Positions 27,122 to 37,388 of a stretch of DNA of 64,000 nucleotides are shown in pieces. Source of the stretch: a virus (taxonomy: Duplodnaviria; Caudoviricetes); the IMG/VR virus record IMGVR_UViG_3300033153_007660, positions 1,071 through 65,070 of that record; one strand, 5' to 3'. Below the pieces are notes generated by a model. It saw only the letters and a program-made list of their open reading frames with translations. It was not told the DNA's origin and did no database searches. Both the position numbers and the translations under genes were made by a program. Every line of letters begins with the position of its first letter. Within the stretch, counting starts at the first letter, position 1.

Positions 27122-27529
27122 GTGAGCGATATAGAACGATTTCGAGAGATGCTTGAAAGAGCTGCCCGAAGTCTAAGACCTGGTCACGGAAAGACAGTTG
27201 TCAATACCCTCTGGCAAGACTTCAACTACATGTTCCCCCAAGATGTCTGGAACTCTGAAAAGGGAGACGCTTTTCAGAAGCTGATAGCACGGTTCTGTCA
27301 TCATGGAGAGAAGGACTGTCCCATCTGTGGGAGTGACACCGAGCCAAGAGATGGGAAGTACGGGAAGTTCCATGGCTGCTCAAAGTATCCAGATTGTAAA
27401 GGAGTACGAAAAGAAAACGGAGACCCCTCCATCAACCAGGCACTTAGAGAGTATCTCAGTGGCCAGATAAGACTCCATGGTGTCGAGGAACACGAGGTCC
27501 CTGATCGCTTTACAGACCTAGAGTTATGA
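27122..27529 (+). CDS. topoisomerase-type C4 Zn-finger protein
   Basis: CPICG...GKYGKFHGCSKYPDC. Confidence 0.75.
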   Translation: MSDIERFREMLERAARSLRPGHGKTVVNTLWQDFNYMFPQDVWNSEKGDAFQKLIARFCHHGEKDCPICGSDTEPRDGKYGKFHGCSKYPDCKGVRKENGDPSINQALREYLSGQIRLHGVEEHEVPDRFTDLEL

Positions 27530-27722
27530 GCCCAGAAGACCGTATGAGAAAAGTGATGCTCGAAGCAGAGGGAATCTGTTACACCTGTCCTAAATGTGAC
27601 ACTCCACTAGAGAAAGTCGACCTCACCAGACTTGGAATGGGAGACAATGCTACTCTCCCTATGCTACACTGCCCCGATTGTGACCAGTATTATACCCATT
27701 GGGTGCGTTTAGGAGCAGAATA

Positions 27723-28073
27723 ATGTCCATTGAAGATATCCCAAGACTAGCCTTTGACGAAGAGAAAGTGTCAGACACCTATGGGAAGATAGTAGAAGTG
27801 TTCCAGGAAGCTGGCCTTACTACTGGTGAGATACTAGTGACCCTCAGCAACCTGGGATACACATTGGGAGCCTCAATAGCAGGATACACAGGTAAGGGGC
27901 CCTCACATGCAGATTTACAGAAGCTCTATGCCACAATGAGTCAAGACTCAGGCGACCCACATGAGAAGATGGGAATCGCTCTGATGCTACAAAGTATGAC
28001 AGTTGCATCTTGGTACGAAGACTACGAGCAATTAGTACTAGACATCAAAGATACCAAGGAGAAAAAGGTATAA
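27723..28073 (+). CDS. hypothetical protein
   Basis: TAATG coupling, AGGAG RBS. Confidence 0.6.
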   Translation: MSIEDIPRLAFDEEKVSDTYGKIVEVFQEAGLTTGEILVTLSNLGYTLGASIAGYTGKGPSHADLQKLYATMSQDSGDPHEKMGIALMLQSMTVASWYEDYEQLVLDIKDTKEKKV

Positions 28074-28615
28074 TGAATCCACTACAATACGCAGTATACA
28101 AGGGAATGGGAGGAAAGTGGGGAGCCGTACAACTCGGCTTTCAGCCACCGCACTTCTATAAAGATAAGGAAAAGGATTTCAAAGGAACTGCCGCTCTCGG
28201 CACTGACGGTCGTCTCAAGAGAGATGACGGATGGAAGGAAAGAGAGGGAGCAGTCTTCGTGAATATCACTAGCGCCAAGGGCAAGAACATCTATGATTGG
28301 GAGAACAAGGTCGTCATGGCCCTCTCCGTCACAGATATGTCTCAGATCATCTACTTCCTAGAAGCAGGAAAGGACTCTAAGGGAAATGATTCTCTTAGCC
28401 TAGTCCATGATCCTGGAGCTAAGACTCAGAGCCAGGGAGCTGTCAAGAAGTTCCTCCGGTTCAACTCACAAGACCTCGCAAGAGGAGCAATGCTTACCGT
28501 AGTACAACAGTCTGGTAATGAGAAGAAAGAGCATACCGTCCCATTGGATGGCGCTGAACTTCTAACTATCACCACCCTGCTACGTCAGGCTATCACCAAG
28601 GCCATGGCCTGGTAA
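28073..28615 (+). CDS. Whirly-like ssDNA-binding protein (putative)
   Basis: YAVYKG, REGAVFV, YDWENKVVMALSVTD and HDP match the recalled Whirly signature. Confidence 0.6.
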   Translation: MNPLQYAVYKGMGGKWGAVQLGFQPPHFYKDKEKDFKGTAALGTDGRLKRDDGWKEREGAVFVNITSAKGKNIYDWENKVVMALSVTDMSQIIYFLEAGKDSKGNDSLSLVHDPGAKTQSQGAVKKFLRFNSQDLARGAMLTVVQQSGNEKKEHTVPLDGAELLTITTLLRQAITKAMAW

Positions 28616-28657
28616 GTACTTGCTAAGTAGTCTTCGTGCCATCCAGGAGAAAGATAA

Positions 28658-29266
28658 ATGTTTGAAGATAAAGAAGCCAACACTCGGCTAGAAGCAATAG
28701 CAGAGATGTGTGAGAACGAGATGAAAACTACGGACATGCTAGTTAGTACAGCAGCATGTCTTAGAGCCATCAGAGGTGTCGCAGTGGGAGAAGATGATTA
28801 TCTAGACGAAGACCAGTCTCCTCCTCTCCAAGAGAAAGAAGAGAGAGTTATCATCTCCTGTGATGCTTCAGTCAAAAACAATCCGGGTGGACCATCAGCT
28901 GTCGGTGTCGTTATTGTCATGCCAAACGGAAAAAGGTTGTCCATAAGTAAACAAGCACGAGCAACTACCTGCAACCAAGCTGAATACGAGGCGATCTACT
29001 TCGGTCTCATTTCCTTGATGAACCTCAACAACAATCCTGGAGTTCTATTGGAGGTTAGGTCAGATAGTAAGCTAGTTGTTTATCAGCTAAATGGAGATCA
29101 AGAATGCCACGACGAAAAACTTCAAGCAAAAAGAGACCACATACGAGAGTTCATCGCAGGACTACCAGTTCCCGTAAAGTTTGTGTGGAGACCAAGAAAC
29201 AGCACGCCAGAGCTAAGGGAGGCAAACTTCCTAGCACAGGACGAGCTCGGGGTCCGAAGACATTAA
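28658..29266 (+). CDS. rnhA: ribonuclease HI
   Basis: CDASVKNNPGG, NQAEYEA, SDSKLVV, WRPRN. Confidence 0.82.
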   Translation: MFEDKEANTRLEAIAEMCENEMKTTDMLVSTAACLRAIRGVAVGEDDYLDEDQSPPLQEKEERVIISCDASVKNNPGGPSAVGVVIVMPNGKRLSISKQARATTCNQAEYEAIYFGLISLMNLNNNPGVLLEVRSDSKLVVYQLNGDQECHDEKLQAKRDHIREFIAGLPVPVKFVWRPRNSTPELREANFLAQDELGVRRH

Positions 29267-29949
29267 CAATCCTCGAGCAGGACATCACCAAAGAGATCTA
29301 CCACAAGCTAGTAATACAAGATCAGCTTGCTATCGACACAGAGACAGATGGACTTGACTGGACCAAAGACAAGCTACGTATCGTCCAGATAGGAACTAAA
29401 CAGGGTCACTGCTATGCTATCCGAGAGCCTGAGCTCAAGAGCTACTGGCTAAGCGGGCTCCTCTATCATCCTTTTGCAGCTAAGCTTTTTCATCATGCTC
29501 TCTTTGACCTGCGTGTCATCAAGAGATGGATGGGAGTAGATGTACAAGGTCCTATCGAGTGCACTAAGGCACTGAGTAAGATGATCCAGCCAGGTCTACC
29601 ATCAGGACTAGCTCCTCTAGTCAAGAGAACCCTTGGGATTACCATGCCCTATATGAAGGGGTTCAATTGGGACGGAAAGCTCACTCCTCTACAAAAGGAC
29701 TACATCGCAGGAGATGTACTCTATTTACATAGACTGGTAGTTGAGCTCAAGAGAAGAGCTCCTCATGGCATGTTACTAAGGTACCCTGTAGTCATACAAG
29801 CAATCAGAAACAAGGCGATCCTAGAAGTCGAAGGATTTGAAGACGTTCTAGACTATGGACAGTCTGAAGGACAAAAGCTTGCGACTATTAGGGATGAGTG
29901 GGCGCGCATTTTATACGCGTCTACTCTTTGGAGACAAAGAGAACCATAA
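29104..29949 (+). CDS. RNase D-like DEDDy 3'-5' exonuclease (start uncertain)
   Basis: AIDTETDGL, HHALFDL, YIAGDV. Confidence 0.8.
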   Translation: MPRRKTSSKKRPHTRVHRRTTSSRKVCVETKKQHARAKGGKLPSTGRARGPKTLTILEQDITKEIYHKLVIQDQLAIDTETDGLDWTKDKLRIVQIGTKQGHCYAIREPELKSYWLSGLLYHPFAAKLFHHALFDLRVIKRWMGVDVQGPIECTKALSKMIQPGLPSGLAPLVKRTLGITMPYMKGFNWDGKLTPLQKDYIAGDVLYLHRLVVELKRRAPHGMLLRYPVVIQAIRNKAILEVEGFEDVLDYGQSEGQKLATIRDEWARILYASTLWRQREP

Positions 29950-29960
29950 AGGAGATAAAG

Positions 29961-30587
29961 ATGGATGAAGATTATGATGAGATGTTCGACCAAGAAGATC
30001 TAGAAGAATTGTACGAAGGGGCAGAAGAGGGAATCGAACCCGAAGACGTATTCAATATGGTCCTGATCAACAAGATCAAGAAGACCAGGATACAGATCGA
30101 GCTCGAGGATGAGGATGGAGACATCGTCCCATTAAAGGACGTGATCCAGCAGCTCCTAGGCTACATCAAGGACCAACTCAAGGACGAGGATGGAAATCAG
30201 TTTGCCGACCAGATCATGCCACTGATGGCTCACTCTGTAGTATCAGGGTTGGGAAGGATGATCGGTCTTCGGGCCACTGCGTTCCACCTCGCCAACGACA
30301 CCACCCGGCTGTCACTCATTCACATGATGTGCTTGGGTCTACTCCTATTGAAGTTTGTCCAACAAAAGAACCTCCATATCATAACTCACGAAGAAGATGT
30401 TACTGATGAGGAGATCGAAGAAGTCGAGCGCAGGACAGAAGCCAACAAGGCCGCCGTCCTCGCCTCCCTAGCAGGAGAGGACCCCAAGGCAACCTTGAGA
30501 GAGCTCAGACGCCAAGGACATATCACAGAGGAAGACCTAAGTAATCTGTTAGGAGAGAGTGATGATGACGAAGAAGAAGACGTTTAG
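29961..30587 (+). CDS. acidic hypothetical protein
   Basis: AGGAG RBS. Confidence 0.75.
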   Translation: MDEDYDEMFDQEDLEELYEGAEEGIEPEDVFNMVLINKIKKTRIQIELEDEDGDIVPLKDVIQQLLGYIKDQLKDEDGNQFADQIMPLMAHSVVSGLGRMIGLRATAFHLANDTTRLSLIHMMCLGLLLLKFVQQKNLHIITHEEDVTDEEIEEVERRTEANKAAVLASLAGEDPKATLRELRRQGHITEEDLSNLLGESDDDEEEDV

Positions 30588-31116
30588 TCTACTAGGATCA
30601 GACTCCGCCAGATATGATGAGTTCTGTCCTCGTACGGGACACATCATTGATGAACCTGAGAATGGCCGCCTCATCATGAGGCCTGCCGGGTTCACCAAGC
30701 AAGACGATCTCTATGCCCCTAGGCAAGTCTACTTCAAAAGTCTCTATGATCAAGCGGTAGCAAGAGGAACAGTAGATGAATGCTTTCCTGTACTCGATAC
30801 TCTCCGTACCATCACGTTGTCCCATGAGAGAAACAACAAACACGATTGTAATGCTCTCCGTATCCTGATGCAAACGACTTTCAGGAATCAGTGGGGCGAT
30901 AATACATGTAAAACTAGCGACCTTGGATATGTTCCAAAGAGAATTAACATCAGGGTCCTTAGGCAGATACACAAGATCCGTAAGATCCTGATCTACTCAG
31001 TAGAGAAAGAAGTACATGGTAAGTACTTCGTAGCAAACCTATGCCTGGTCTATGGAGAGCCTGTAGAGTCTCCAGAACAAATCGTGATAGACAGAATGGC
31101 TGCTGTGATGGAGTAA
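30559..31116 (+). CDS. hypothetical protein
   Basis: ORF track. Confidence 0.65.
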   Translation: MMMTKKKTFSLLGSDSARYDEFCPRTGHIIDEPENGRLIMRPAGFTKQDDLYAPRQVYFKSLYDQAVARGTVDECFPVLDTLRTITLSHERNNKHDCNALRILMQTTFRNQWGDNTCKTSDLGYVPKRINIRVLRQIHKIRKILIYSVEKEVHGKYFVANLCLVYGEPVESPEQIVIDRMAAVME

Positions 31117-31119
31117 GAG

Positions 31120-31752
31120 ATGGGGTTTGTTGCTTTTGGATACAACTTGAGAGAAGAAGACTACGACCTAATACGTAAGATGTTTCAGGTTGTTACTGAT
31201 GGACCAGCGGACGTCTATGACCTGCAATCATATGACCCATGCGCAACTTCACAAGACATTGTCTTCTTCTTTGGTAGTAATAGAGCTATCAATGCAGCAA
31301 AAGAGAACGATTACAAGCTCAAGATAGAGTTCCCAGACCCGATAGAATTGGACGCGACCCTTGGTGACGATGACCTCAGGGACATAGCCTGGAAGAAGTT
31401 GAAAAAGCTCAAAGAATTTCTCGAAGAAGAGACTGACACACAGCTAGAGCGTAAAGCTGAGACACAGAATCCAGAGATCAATGACCTCCCAGCTATAAGC
31501 ACAGACAAAATACTACAGCAACTCAAAGTGGCGATGGCACAGCGAGGGATTCAGTCTTTCAAGTGTATGACACAAGACGGACGCGAAATCGTGTTGACAG
31601 TAGAGCCGCAAAAGTGCGATGCTGACTTCTGCATGACCTTCGCTGAGCTCTTCGCATTGAAGATGGCTCAGGAGGTACTCCATGTAAAGGAGTTCGAGCT
31701 TGTACCCAAACCTGGTTCTAGTTGGACGACTAACCCTTGGAGAGATCGCTAG
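31120..31752 (+). CDS. hypothetical protein
   Basis: ORF track, GGAG RBS. Confidence 0.65.
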   Translation: MGFVAFGYNLREEDYDLIRKMFQVVTDGPADVYDLQSYDPCATSQDIVFFFGSNRAINAAKENDYKLKIEFPDPIELDATLGDDDLRDIAWKKLKKLKEFLEEETDTQLERKAETQNPEINDLPAISTDKILQQLKVAMAQRGIQSFKCMTQDGREIVLTVEPQKCDADFCMTFAELFALKMAQEVLHVKEFELVPKPGSSWTTNPWRDR

Positions 31753-31838
31753 AACAGCGGTCGAAGAAGGAATCAGAAAAATTGACATTAGATTAGAACA
31801 ATACGTTCAGTCTATTAGAGAGAGTAGGAGAGAGAGAA

Positions 31839-33632
31839 ATGTCAGAGAAGAATACTTCAGCCCAGGTTCCTCAGCGAATCCACTACAAAGATTCGATTGA
31901 GGAAATTGCAGCCCTCATCAAGGGTCGTGTTCCAATCATCTGGGTAGTCACTCACGAAGAAGGTCGCTTCATCGAAGACTTCGTGGAGCAGATTGCTAAG
32001 CCTCACGACAGGAAAGTCTGGCTATGGTCTGCTTACCAGGGCCTCATCCCACAAGACCAGCAGATGTCGAACCCAGGAGCACGTGCCTCTGGGTCAGAGG
32101 AAGGAACCTGGAACCCTCAGAAGGGTCTCGAGCGCATCTCCAAGATGGAGAAGCCTTCGAAGGAGTGTGGTGGCCTTGCGTTCCTCATGAGAGACATGCA
32201 TATCGCCCTGGCGGAGCCAGTGGTTCGTCAGATCAGAGATATGTATGAGTCGCTGATCAAATCAGGAAAGACTCTCGTCATCGTTGCTCCTGTCCTGGCA
32301 GGTGGAGGCGGAGGATCTGTCCCTGGCATCCCGGTAATGCTAGAGAAGCAGGTCACGGTCGTCGAGTATGAGCTACCAACCGCTGAGGGTGTCAGAAACC
32401 GGATCGAATTGCTACTACAGCATGCTAAGAAGACTCCAGTCAAGAGCAAGAAAAGCACCAAGAAGAAGACCGACTACACTGACCCTGAGATGGAAGAGTT
32501 CACCCGAGCTCTACAGGGCCTGACCCGCACCGAGATCGATGATGCCATTGCTACCTGCATGGGCTTCCTTAAGATGTTGGACTCTAAGAAGCTGATCCAG
32601 GCTAAGCGACAGATCATCAAGAAGAACGAGATCCTGGAGTTCGTAGATGCTCCAACCTCCATGGCAGACGTAGGAGGAATGGACAGAGCTAAGCCCTACT
32701 TCAAGAAGTACAGCAAGCAGTGGTCCAAAGAGGCCAGAGCCTTTGGTGTCGAGCCACTCAAGGGTGTCCTGCTGACAGGAGTACCAGGTACTGGTAAGTC
32801 TCTATTGGCTAAGGCCATCATGTCAGAGTGGAAGCTCCCTGGTCTACGTCTCGACGTAGGCAAGGTGATGACCGGTCTGGTCGGTGGATCAGAAGAGAAG
32901 ATGCGGCGCGTCATCAAGCAGCTCGAAGCTATGGCTCCATGCATCGCCTGGATTGATGAAGTAGAGAAAGCACTGAGTGGAACCAAGAGCTCCAACTTCA
33001 GTGATGGTGGTACCCTATCTCGTGTCTTCGGAACTCTACTCACATCCATGGAAGAGGGCCTGAAGGGAGTCACCCTGGTAGCTACAGCAAATGATATCTC
33101 GGCCCTTCCTCCTGAGTTTATCCGTCGGTTCAATGAGGTCTTCTTCGTTGACCTACCAGGACCAGACGAGCGCTGGGAGATCTTCGCTATCCATCTTCAC
33201 AAGAGAGGACGCGACATCAAGAACTTCGAGAAGAGCAAGGAAGAGTTACTCAAGCTCACAGATGGCTTCACAGGAGCAGAGATCGAGAAGGCAGTCAAAG
33301 ATGCCATTGCTGGAGCATTCCACGCAGGCAAGAAGGACGTTGACTTCGAGGATCTCGAGACCGCAGTCAGTGAGACCAAGCCAATCTGTAAGGTCATGGG
33401 CACCAAGGTTCAGAAGCTCAGAGACAAGGCACGTGGCCAGTTCAGGTACGCTAGCTCGTGGGCAGAGGTCACAGCAGGACAGAGAGACGTAAAGACAAAG
33501 AGTGGAAAGAAGTTGAATGTCAACGACGCCCTTGATAATATGGACGAAATCGCAGGGACGCCAAAGCAAAGACATAAGAAAGCAAAAGACCAACTCGGTG
33601 ACCGCATGGCAGATGTGGCCAACGACGAATAA
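31839..33632 (+). CDS. Ycf46-like AAA+ ATPase
   Basis: IIWVVTHEE, KRQIIKK..LEF, GVPGTGKS, WIDEVEK, TANDISALPPE, RFNEVFFVDLP. Confidence 0.9.
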   Translation: MSEKNTSAQVPQRIHYKDSIEEIAALIKGRVPIIWVVTHEEGRFIEDFVEQIAKPHDRKVWLWSAYQGLIPQDQQMSNPGARASGSEEGTWNPQKGLERISKMEKPSKECGGLAFLMRDMHIALAEPVVRQIRDMYESLIKSGKTLVIVAPVLAGGGGGSVPGIPVMLEKQVTVVEYELPTAEGVRNRIELLLQHAKKTPVKSKKSTKKKTDYTDPEMEEFTRALQGLTRTEIDDAIATCMGFLKMLDSKKLIQAKRQIIKKNEILEFVDAPTSMADVGGMDRAKPYFKKYSKQWSKEARAFGVEPLKGVLLTGVPGTGKSLLAKAIMSEWKLPGLRLDVGKVMTGLVGGSEEKMRRVIKQLEAMAPCIAWIDEVEKALSGTKSSNFSDGGTLSRVFGTLLTSMEEGLKGVTLVATANDISALPPEFIRRFNEVFFVDLPGPDERWEIFAIHLHKRGRDIKNFEKSKEELLKLTDGFTGAEIEKAVKDAIAGAFHAGKKDVDFEDLETAVSETKPICKVMGTKVQKLRDKARGQFRYASSWAEVTAGQRDVKTKSGKKLNVNDALDNMDEIAGTPKQRHKKAKDQLGDRMADVANDE

Positions 33633-33641
33633 GGAGAAGAG

Positions 33642-34037
33642 ATGAGTCATTGGACAAAAATCAAGACAAAGATCAACAGTTCTGAGAACCTCAAGAAGGC
33701 TCTCGGACGGATGGGAATCGCCTTCGAAGAGGGCGAGTTCAACATTCAGCAGTACGAAGGTTCTGAGAAGTGCCAGCTCAAGGTAGATAGTGCCGTTGGT
33801 TTCTCTCGTCAAGAGGACGGGAGCTTCGCCATGGTAGGTGACTTCTATCACAGTAGCAAGCTTCGTCGTTTCTACGGTGGACGTGGGAACGAGAACTTCA
33901 CTGAAGAGTTGAATACCGCTTATGCCGTAGCTCAGACCACGGATGAGCTCGAGTCACAGGGATTCGCCTGCACAAGCAATTCTGAGGCCAAGGTCGGACA
34001 AGACGGTCTCATTCGTATGACCTACGAAAGATACTAA
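33642..34037 (+). CDS. Ycf35/DUF1257-like protein
   Basis: MSHWTKIKTKI...LKKAL..MG, VGF...DG; adjacent to the Ycf46-like ATPase. Confidence 0.75.
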   Translation: MSHWTKIKTKINSSENLKKALGRMGIAFEEGEFNIQQYEGSEKCQLKVDSAVGFSRQEDGSFAMVGDFYHSSKLRRFYGGRGNENFTEELNTAYAVAQTTDELESQGFACTSNSEAKVGQDGLIRMTYERY

Positions 34038-34203
34038 TATGAGCAAGGGATTCGGACTCTGGTTCGCATTCTGCGGGCTCATGAGTATGGCCTTAGTAGG
34101 TACACTGATCTTTGGCATCGTCAAAGGATGCAACTACATCACCTCTGGTCAAGCTGCGCAACACGCACAGCAAGTAGTACAACCAGCGGAATAAGGAGAG
34201 AAA

Positions 34204-34401
34204 ATGTCACAGAAAGTAGAAGTAATCATCAATCCCAAGACTGGGGAAGTCGAGTATGGGGTTGAGGGAGTCGTCGGGGGACGCTGCACTGATATCACAG
34301 ATGCTCTGGTAAGTTCTAACCAGCACCAAGATACTCAGTATACACATGAGTATGAGGTACCAGACGTTCTACCAGACTTCATTAATGAAGGTGGAGAATA
34401 A
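34204..34401 (+). CDS. DUF2997-like protein
   Basis: I.P.TGEV...VEGV.G.RC..IT..L. Confidence 0.7.
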   Translation: MSQKVEVIINPKTGEVEYGVEGVVGGRCTDITDALVSSNQHQDTQYTHEYEVPDVLPDFINEGGE

Positions 34402-34402
34402 G

Positions 34403-34666
34403 ATGAGTGACGACAGTCGTGACGAACTAGACGAGCTCTATGGAACAACGGATTTCTACACGACTGCAGTCCTAATTGCCAATGAGTTTGAGCTCAAACA
34501 CATCAAGAGTGAGGGCCCAAAAAACAAGGTAAAGAGATTTTACTTCGAGGACACCACAGAACTAAGAGCTATCGTTCTAGAATACATGAACAGTAAACTC
34601 GAAGGTAACCTCAGGCAGTTTAGGAACGCAATCGACACCGTCAAGGACATGGTGCATTCAGGATAG
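34403..34666 (+). CDS. small hypothetical protein (DUF5659-like)
   Basis: TTDFYTTAVL...RFYFE. Confidence 0.5.
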   Translation: MSDDSRDELDELYGTTDFYTTAVLIANEFELKHIKSEGPKNKVKRFYFEDTTELRAIVLEYMNSKLEGNLRQFRNAIDTVKDMVHSG

Positions 34667-34669
34667 GCA

Positions 34670-35545
34670 ATGAGACCCCAGACACGCCCGGCTAATCCCA
34701 CTAAGCTTCCTACTGAAGCAACAGTTCAAGAGATGCTGGAGGAATTTAGGAGTTTTCCTAGAAATCTCCAGCTCTCTACTGATATCTTTCCTACCTATGC
34801 TACAAGAAAAGTTTGGCTGGAGGCATTAGCCCAGCAAGACTTCGGCCGCTTCCGCGATGAACGACAAGCAATTCCTGCCTTAAGAGAGCTCTGTATAGCA
34901 AATCAGTTCATGGACGAGAGTCTTTCTCCTGTATTTCTCAAACTAGGAGATGATCACAGTGGTCCTAGCCTCCCAATATGGGCGAATTCAAAAGCCAAGA
35001 CTGCATACTCTCGATCTGCTTGGGGAACAAGACTACTTGTAACAGAACGGAAAGCCCGAAACGCAGAAGATCTATATATCACAATAGAAAATTGTTGGGA
35101 ACAAATCTTAAAGAGAACCATTCAAGCACAAAATGAACACTTTCTAGAATATCTTTTCAACGCAGGTTACCTCCAGCAGTTCAGCGAGAGAGAACTTGTA
35201 GAGCAAATAGCCCAGAGAAAAGACCGCTTCAACGGACCATTCTTTATACTTGCGACCACCGACCTCCAAGATTTCTGGGAGGAAACCACTGGGACAGGAA
35301 GACAGTTCGAGAACAATGATGTTATATCCCTTGGCTCCGAAGTAGGAGAGAGCTACTTTGTCTCAGGAGTTATAGCCCAGGACCAATTCAAGGTTAACCA
35401 TAACTTCGAGATCTGGACAAACCATGAGAGAATCCCACGATATTGGAAAGTAGGAGCCATGGCTATTCTTAAGTATCGTTTCCAAGAGCAAATACAGGGA
35501 CAAGAAAACAGAGAACCTTTCCATCGTTTCAACCTAGACGAGTAA
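34670..35545 (+). CDS. hypothetical protein with RFNLDE tail
   Basis: 291-aa ORF. Confidence 0.65.
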   Translation: MRPQTRPANPTKLPTEATVQEMLEEFRSFPRNLQLSTDIFPTYATRKVWLEALAQQDFGRFRDERQAIPALRELCIANQFMDESLSPVFLKLGDDHSGPSLPIWANSKAKTAYSRSAWGTRLLVTERKARNAEDLYITIENCWEQILKRTIQAQNEHFLEYLFNAGYLQQFSERELVEQIAQRKDRFNGPFFILATTDLQDFWEETTGTGRQFENNDVISLGSEVGESYFVSGVIAQDQFKVNHNFEIWTNHERIPRYWKVGAMAILKYRFQEQIQGQENREPFHRFNLDE

Positions 35546-36507
35546 TGCTACCAATCCTCAGCAAAAGTAGTAGGAGAGTAGAGATTAATGCTCTCTTCAT
35601 CCAACCTTCATATGCTTGTGTAGGAAACTGTCGCAACTGCTACTTAAAGCAGCATGTACCCGCAGGTCCTCGCATAGTAATGAAGAAAGAAGAAGCTGCG
35701 CTACTCTTTGGTTACATTCAGAGTGCACAAGCAATTACAGTTAACCAGATCACTCTCTCTGTTAACAAACCTACCCACGAAACCATGCCGTCAGAGACGG
35801 CAATATTAACAGACTTTGTCTGGATGGCTCCGGGCGGTGAGAACCACATCACGATACAAAATCCAAGAGAGTTAGCATTTGCATTGACCAACGAGAGCTG
35901 TAAGAAAATGGTCGAGAACAGGATAGTAGCCTCATTCTCTGTAACCTGGCCACTTAGATCGATTCATTCGCTAAGAACGAACTTCAACCATATGGCCCCT
36001 ATGATAAAGCAGGTGAGAGAAGATGAGATCAAAAAGATCTCCACAATACTAGAGACAGTTGATACCATGTATCTAGTATTGAAAAAGAAGCCAAAAGGAT
36101 CTCCGCGCACTCTAAGCAGTCACAGAGAAGAGATAGAGTGGATGTCCGACTACATAGATTTCGTGGAATACCTTAAGAAGGGACTGTCCCCAGAACTATG
36201 GAGAAAGATTCACCTTGACGACTGCCTCCTAAGTGTAATAAAGTCCAGGGACACTGGCTATGGATGCTCTTCAGGAGTCTCTCGCTTCCAGCTGTGGCCT
36301 GACGGAGCAGTAAGCGGCTGTCCTTATGCATGGAAAGCACAGACAGGACCAGCAGATACAGCCAAGGAGATGATAGCTAACATCAAAGAGGCTAGAGACG
36401 AACACCCATATGACTTCCATACCTGCCAATTACCCTCGGTCTATGAGCGAGTTCTTCAACAAAGAGGGACAAAGAATCTCGCTCGAGGACTGGATGGAAT
36501 TATTTGA
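35545..36507 (+). CDS. radical SAM protein with SPASM/twitch-like C-terminus
   Basis: CVGNCRNCY (CX3CX2C); C.SG...PDGAVSGC. Confidence 0.75.
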   Translation: MLPILSKSSRRVEINALFIQPSYACVGNCRNCYLKQHVPAGPRIVMKKEEAALLFGYIQSAQAITVNQITLSVNKPTHETMPSETAILTDFVWMAPGGENHITIQNPRELAFALTNESCKKMVENRIVASFSVTWPLRSIHSLRTNFNHMAPMIKQVREDEIKKISTILETVDTMYLVLKKKPKGSPRTLSSHREEIEWMSDYIDFVEYLKKGLSPELWRKIHLDDCLLSVIKSRDTGYGCSSGVSRFQLWPDGAVSGCPYAWKAQTGPADTAKEMIANIKEARDEHPYDFHTCQLPSVYERVLQQRGTKNLARGLDGII

Positions 36508-36778
36508 GGACAACGAGTATCGTAGAGTAGCTTACTACTCTAACGAGGCAGAAGACTTCATAATCTCCACAGTTTGGCTAGGAATACCACATGGCTACGG
36601 TCCCAGCGGACCAATGATCTTTGAGACAATGGTCTGGAAACCAGACGAAGACGAAGAGACCTACCGTTACGGTACGTTAGCTGAGGCTTTACGAAGCCAC
36701 GAAAGACTTTGTGACGTAACTGATGACAATGTGGAAGATCCCACGAGAATGTCACAAGTACTAGAAGAGGACGACTAA
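36443..36778 (+). CDS. hypothetical protein
   Basis: ISTVWLG...PMIFETMV. Confidence 0.65.
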   Translation: MSEFFNKEGQRISLEDWMELFEDNEYRRVAYYSNEAEDFIISTVWLGIPHGYGPSGPMIFETMVWKPDEDEETYRYGTLAEALRSHERLCDVTDDNVEDPTRMSQVLEEDD

Positions 36779-37386
36779 TGAGCGAGAAGCAAGAGCAGTT
36801 AAAGCTGGAAAATCAGATGACTCCGAAGGCCAAGGCAGACTTGCTAATTGGCAAGATGCTCAAAGGAAAAACTGTTGCAGATATGTTCGAGACAAACTTC
36901 CGCAGTCAGTGGACCCTGTCAGGGCAGCCGATCTCCCATTGGGAGAAACGATTCAAGATCAAGATCCCCTCAGATAACTTGACCCCTCAGATATGTAAGG
37001 AGCTAGACGCCAAGCTCATTGAGCTCAATCAAGAGGCTGCCTTCTTCCATGCAGTAGCCCAGGCCAAGTCTCAGTTCCTAAAGAGAGGATCAGAAGCAAA
37101 CTACTACAGCCGTTTTTATACGATTGTAGAAGACTTCAAGAGCAAGGGAGCTAGAGTCCCAGCAGCCTCCACACTCGAAGTACTCGCTCGCATCAACAAC
37201 GAGGAGCTTGATGCAGCAGCTGAGTACGCTAATGTCGAAACAAAATTCTGGAAGAATATCCTCGATGACCTAGCGACGTGTAGACGTCTGGTTGAGAATG
37301 CAAGCCTTAACATTTCAGTAGAGATGAAGGCTGAAGCCAACACAGCGATGCTCGATCGACTCAATAATCAGAACAATGGGAGATAA
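36778..37386 (+). CDS. hypothetical helical protein
   Basis: TAATG coupling. Confidence 0.7.
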   Translation: MSEKQEQLKLENQMTPKAKADLLIGKMLKGKTVADMFETNFRSQWTLSGQPISHWEKRFKIKIPSDNLTPQICKELDAKLIELNQEAAFFHAVAQAKSQFLKRGSEANYYSRFYTIVEDFKSKGARVPAASTLEVLARINNEELDAAAEYANVETKFWKNILDDLATCRRLVENASLNISVEMKAEANTAMLDRLNNQNNGR

Positions 37387-37388
37387 CT

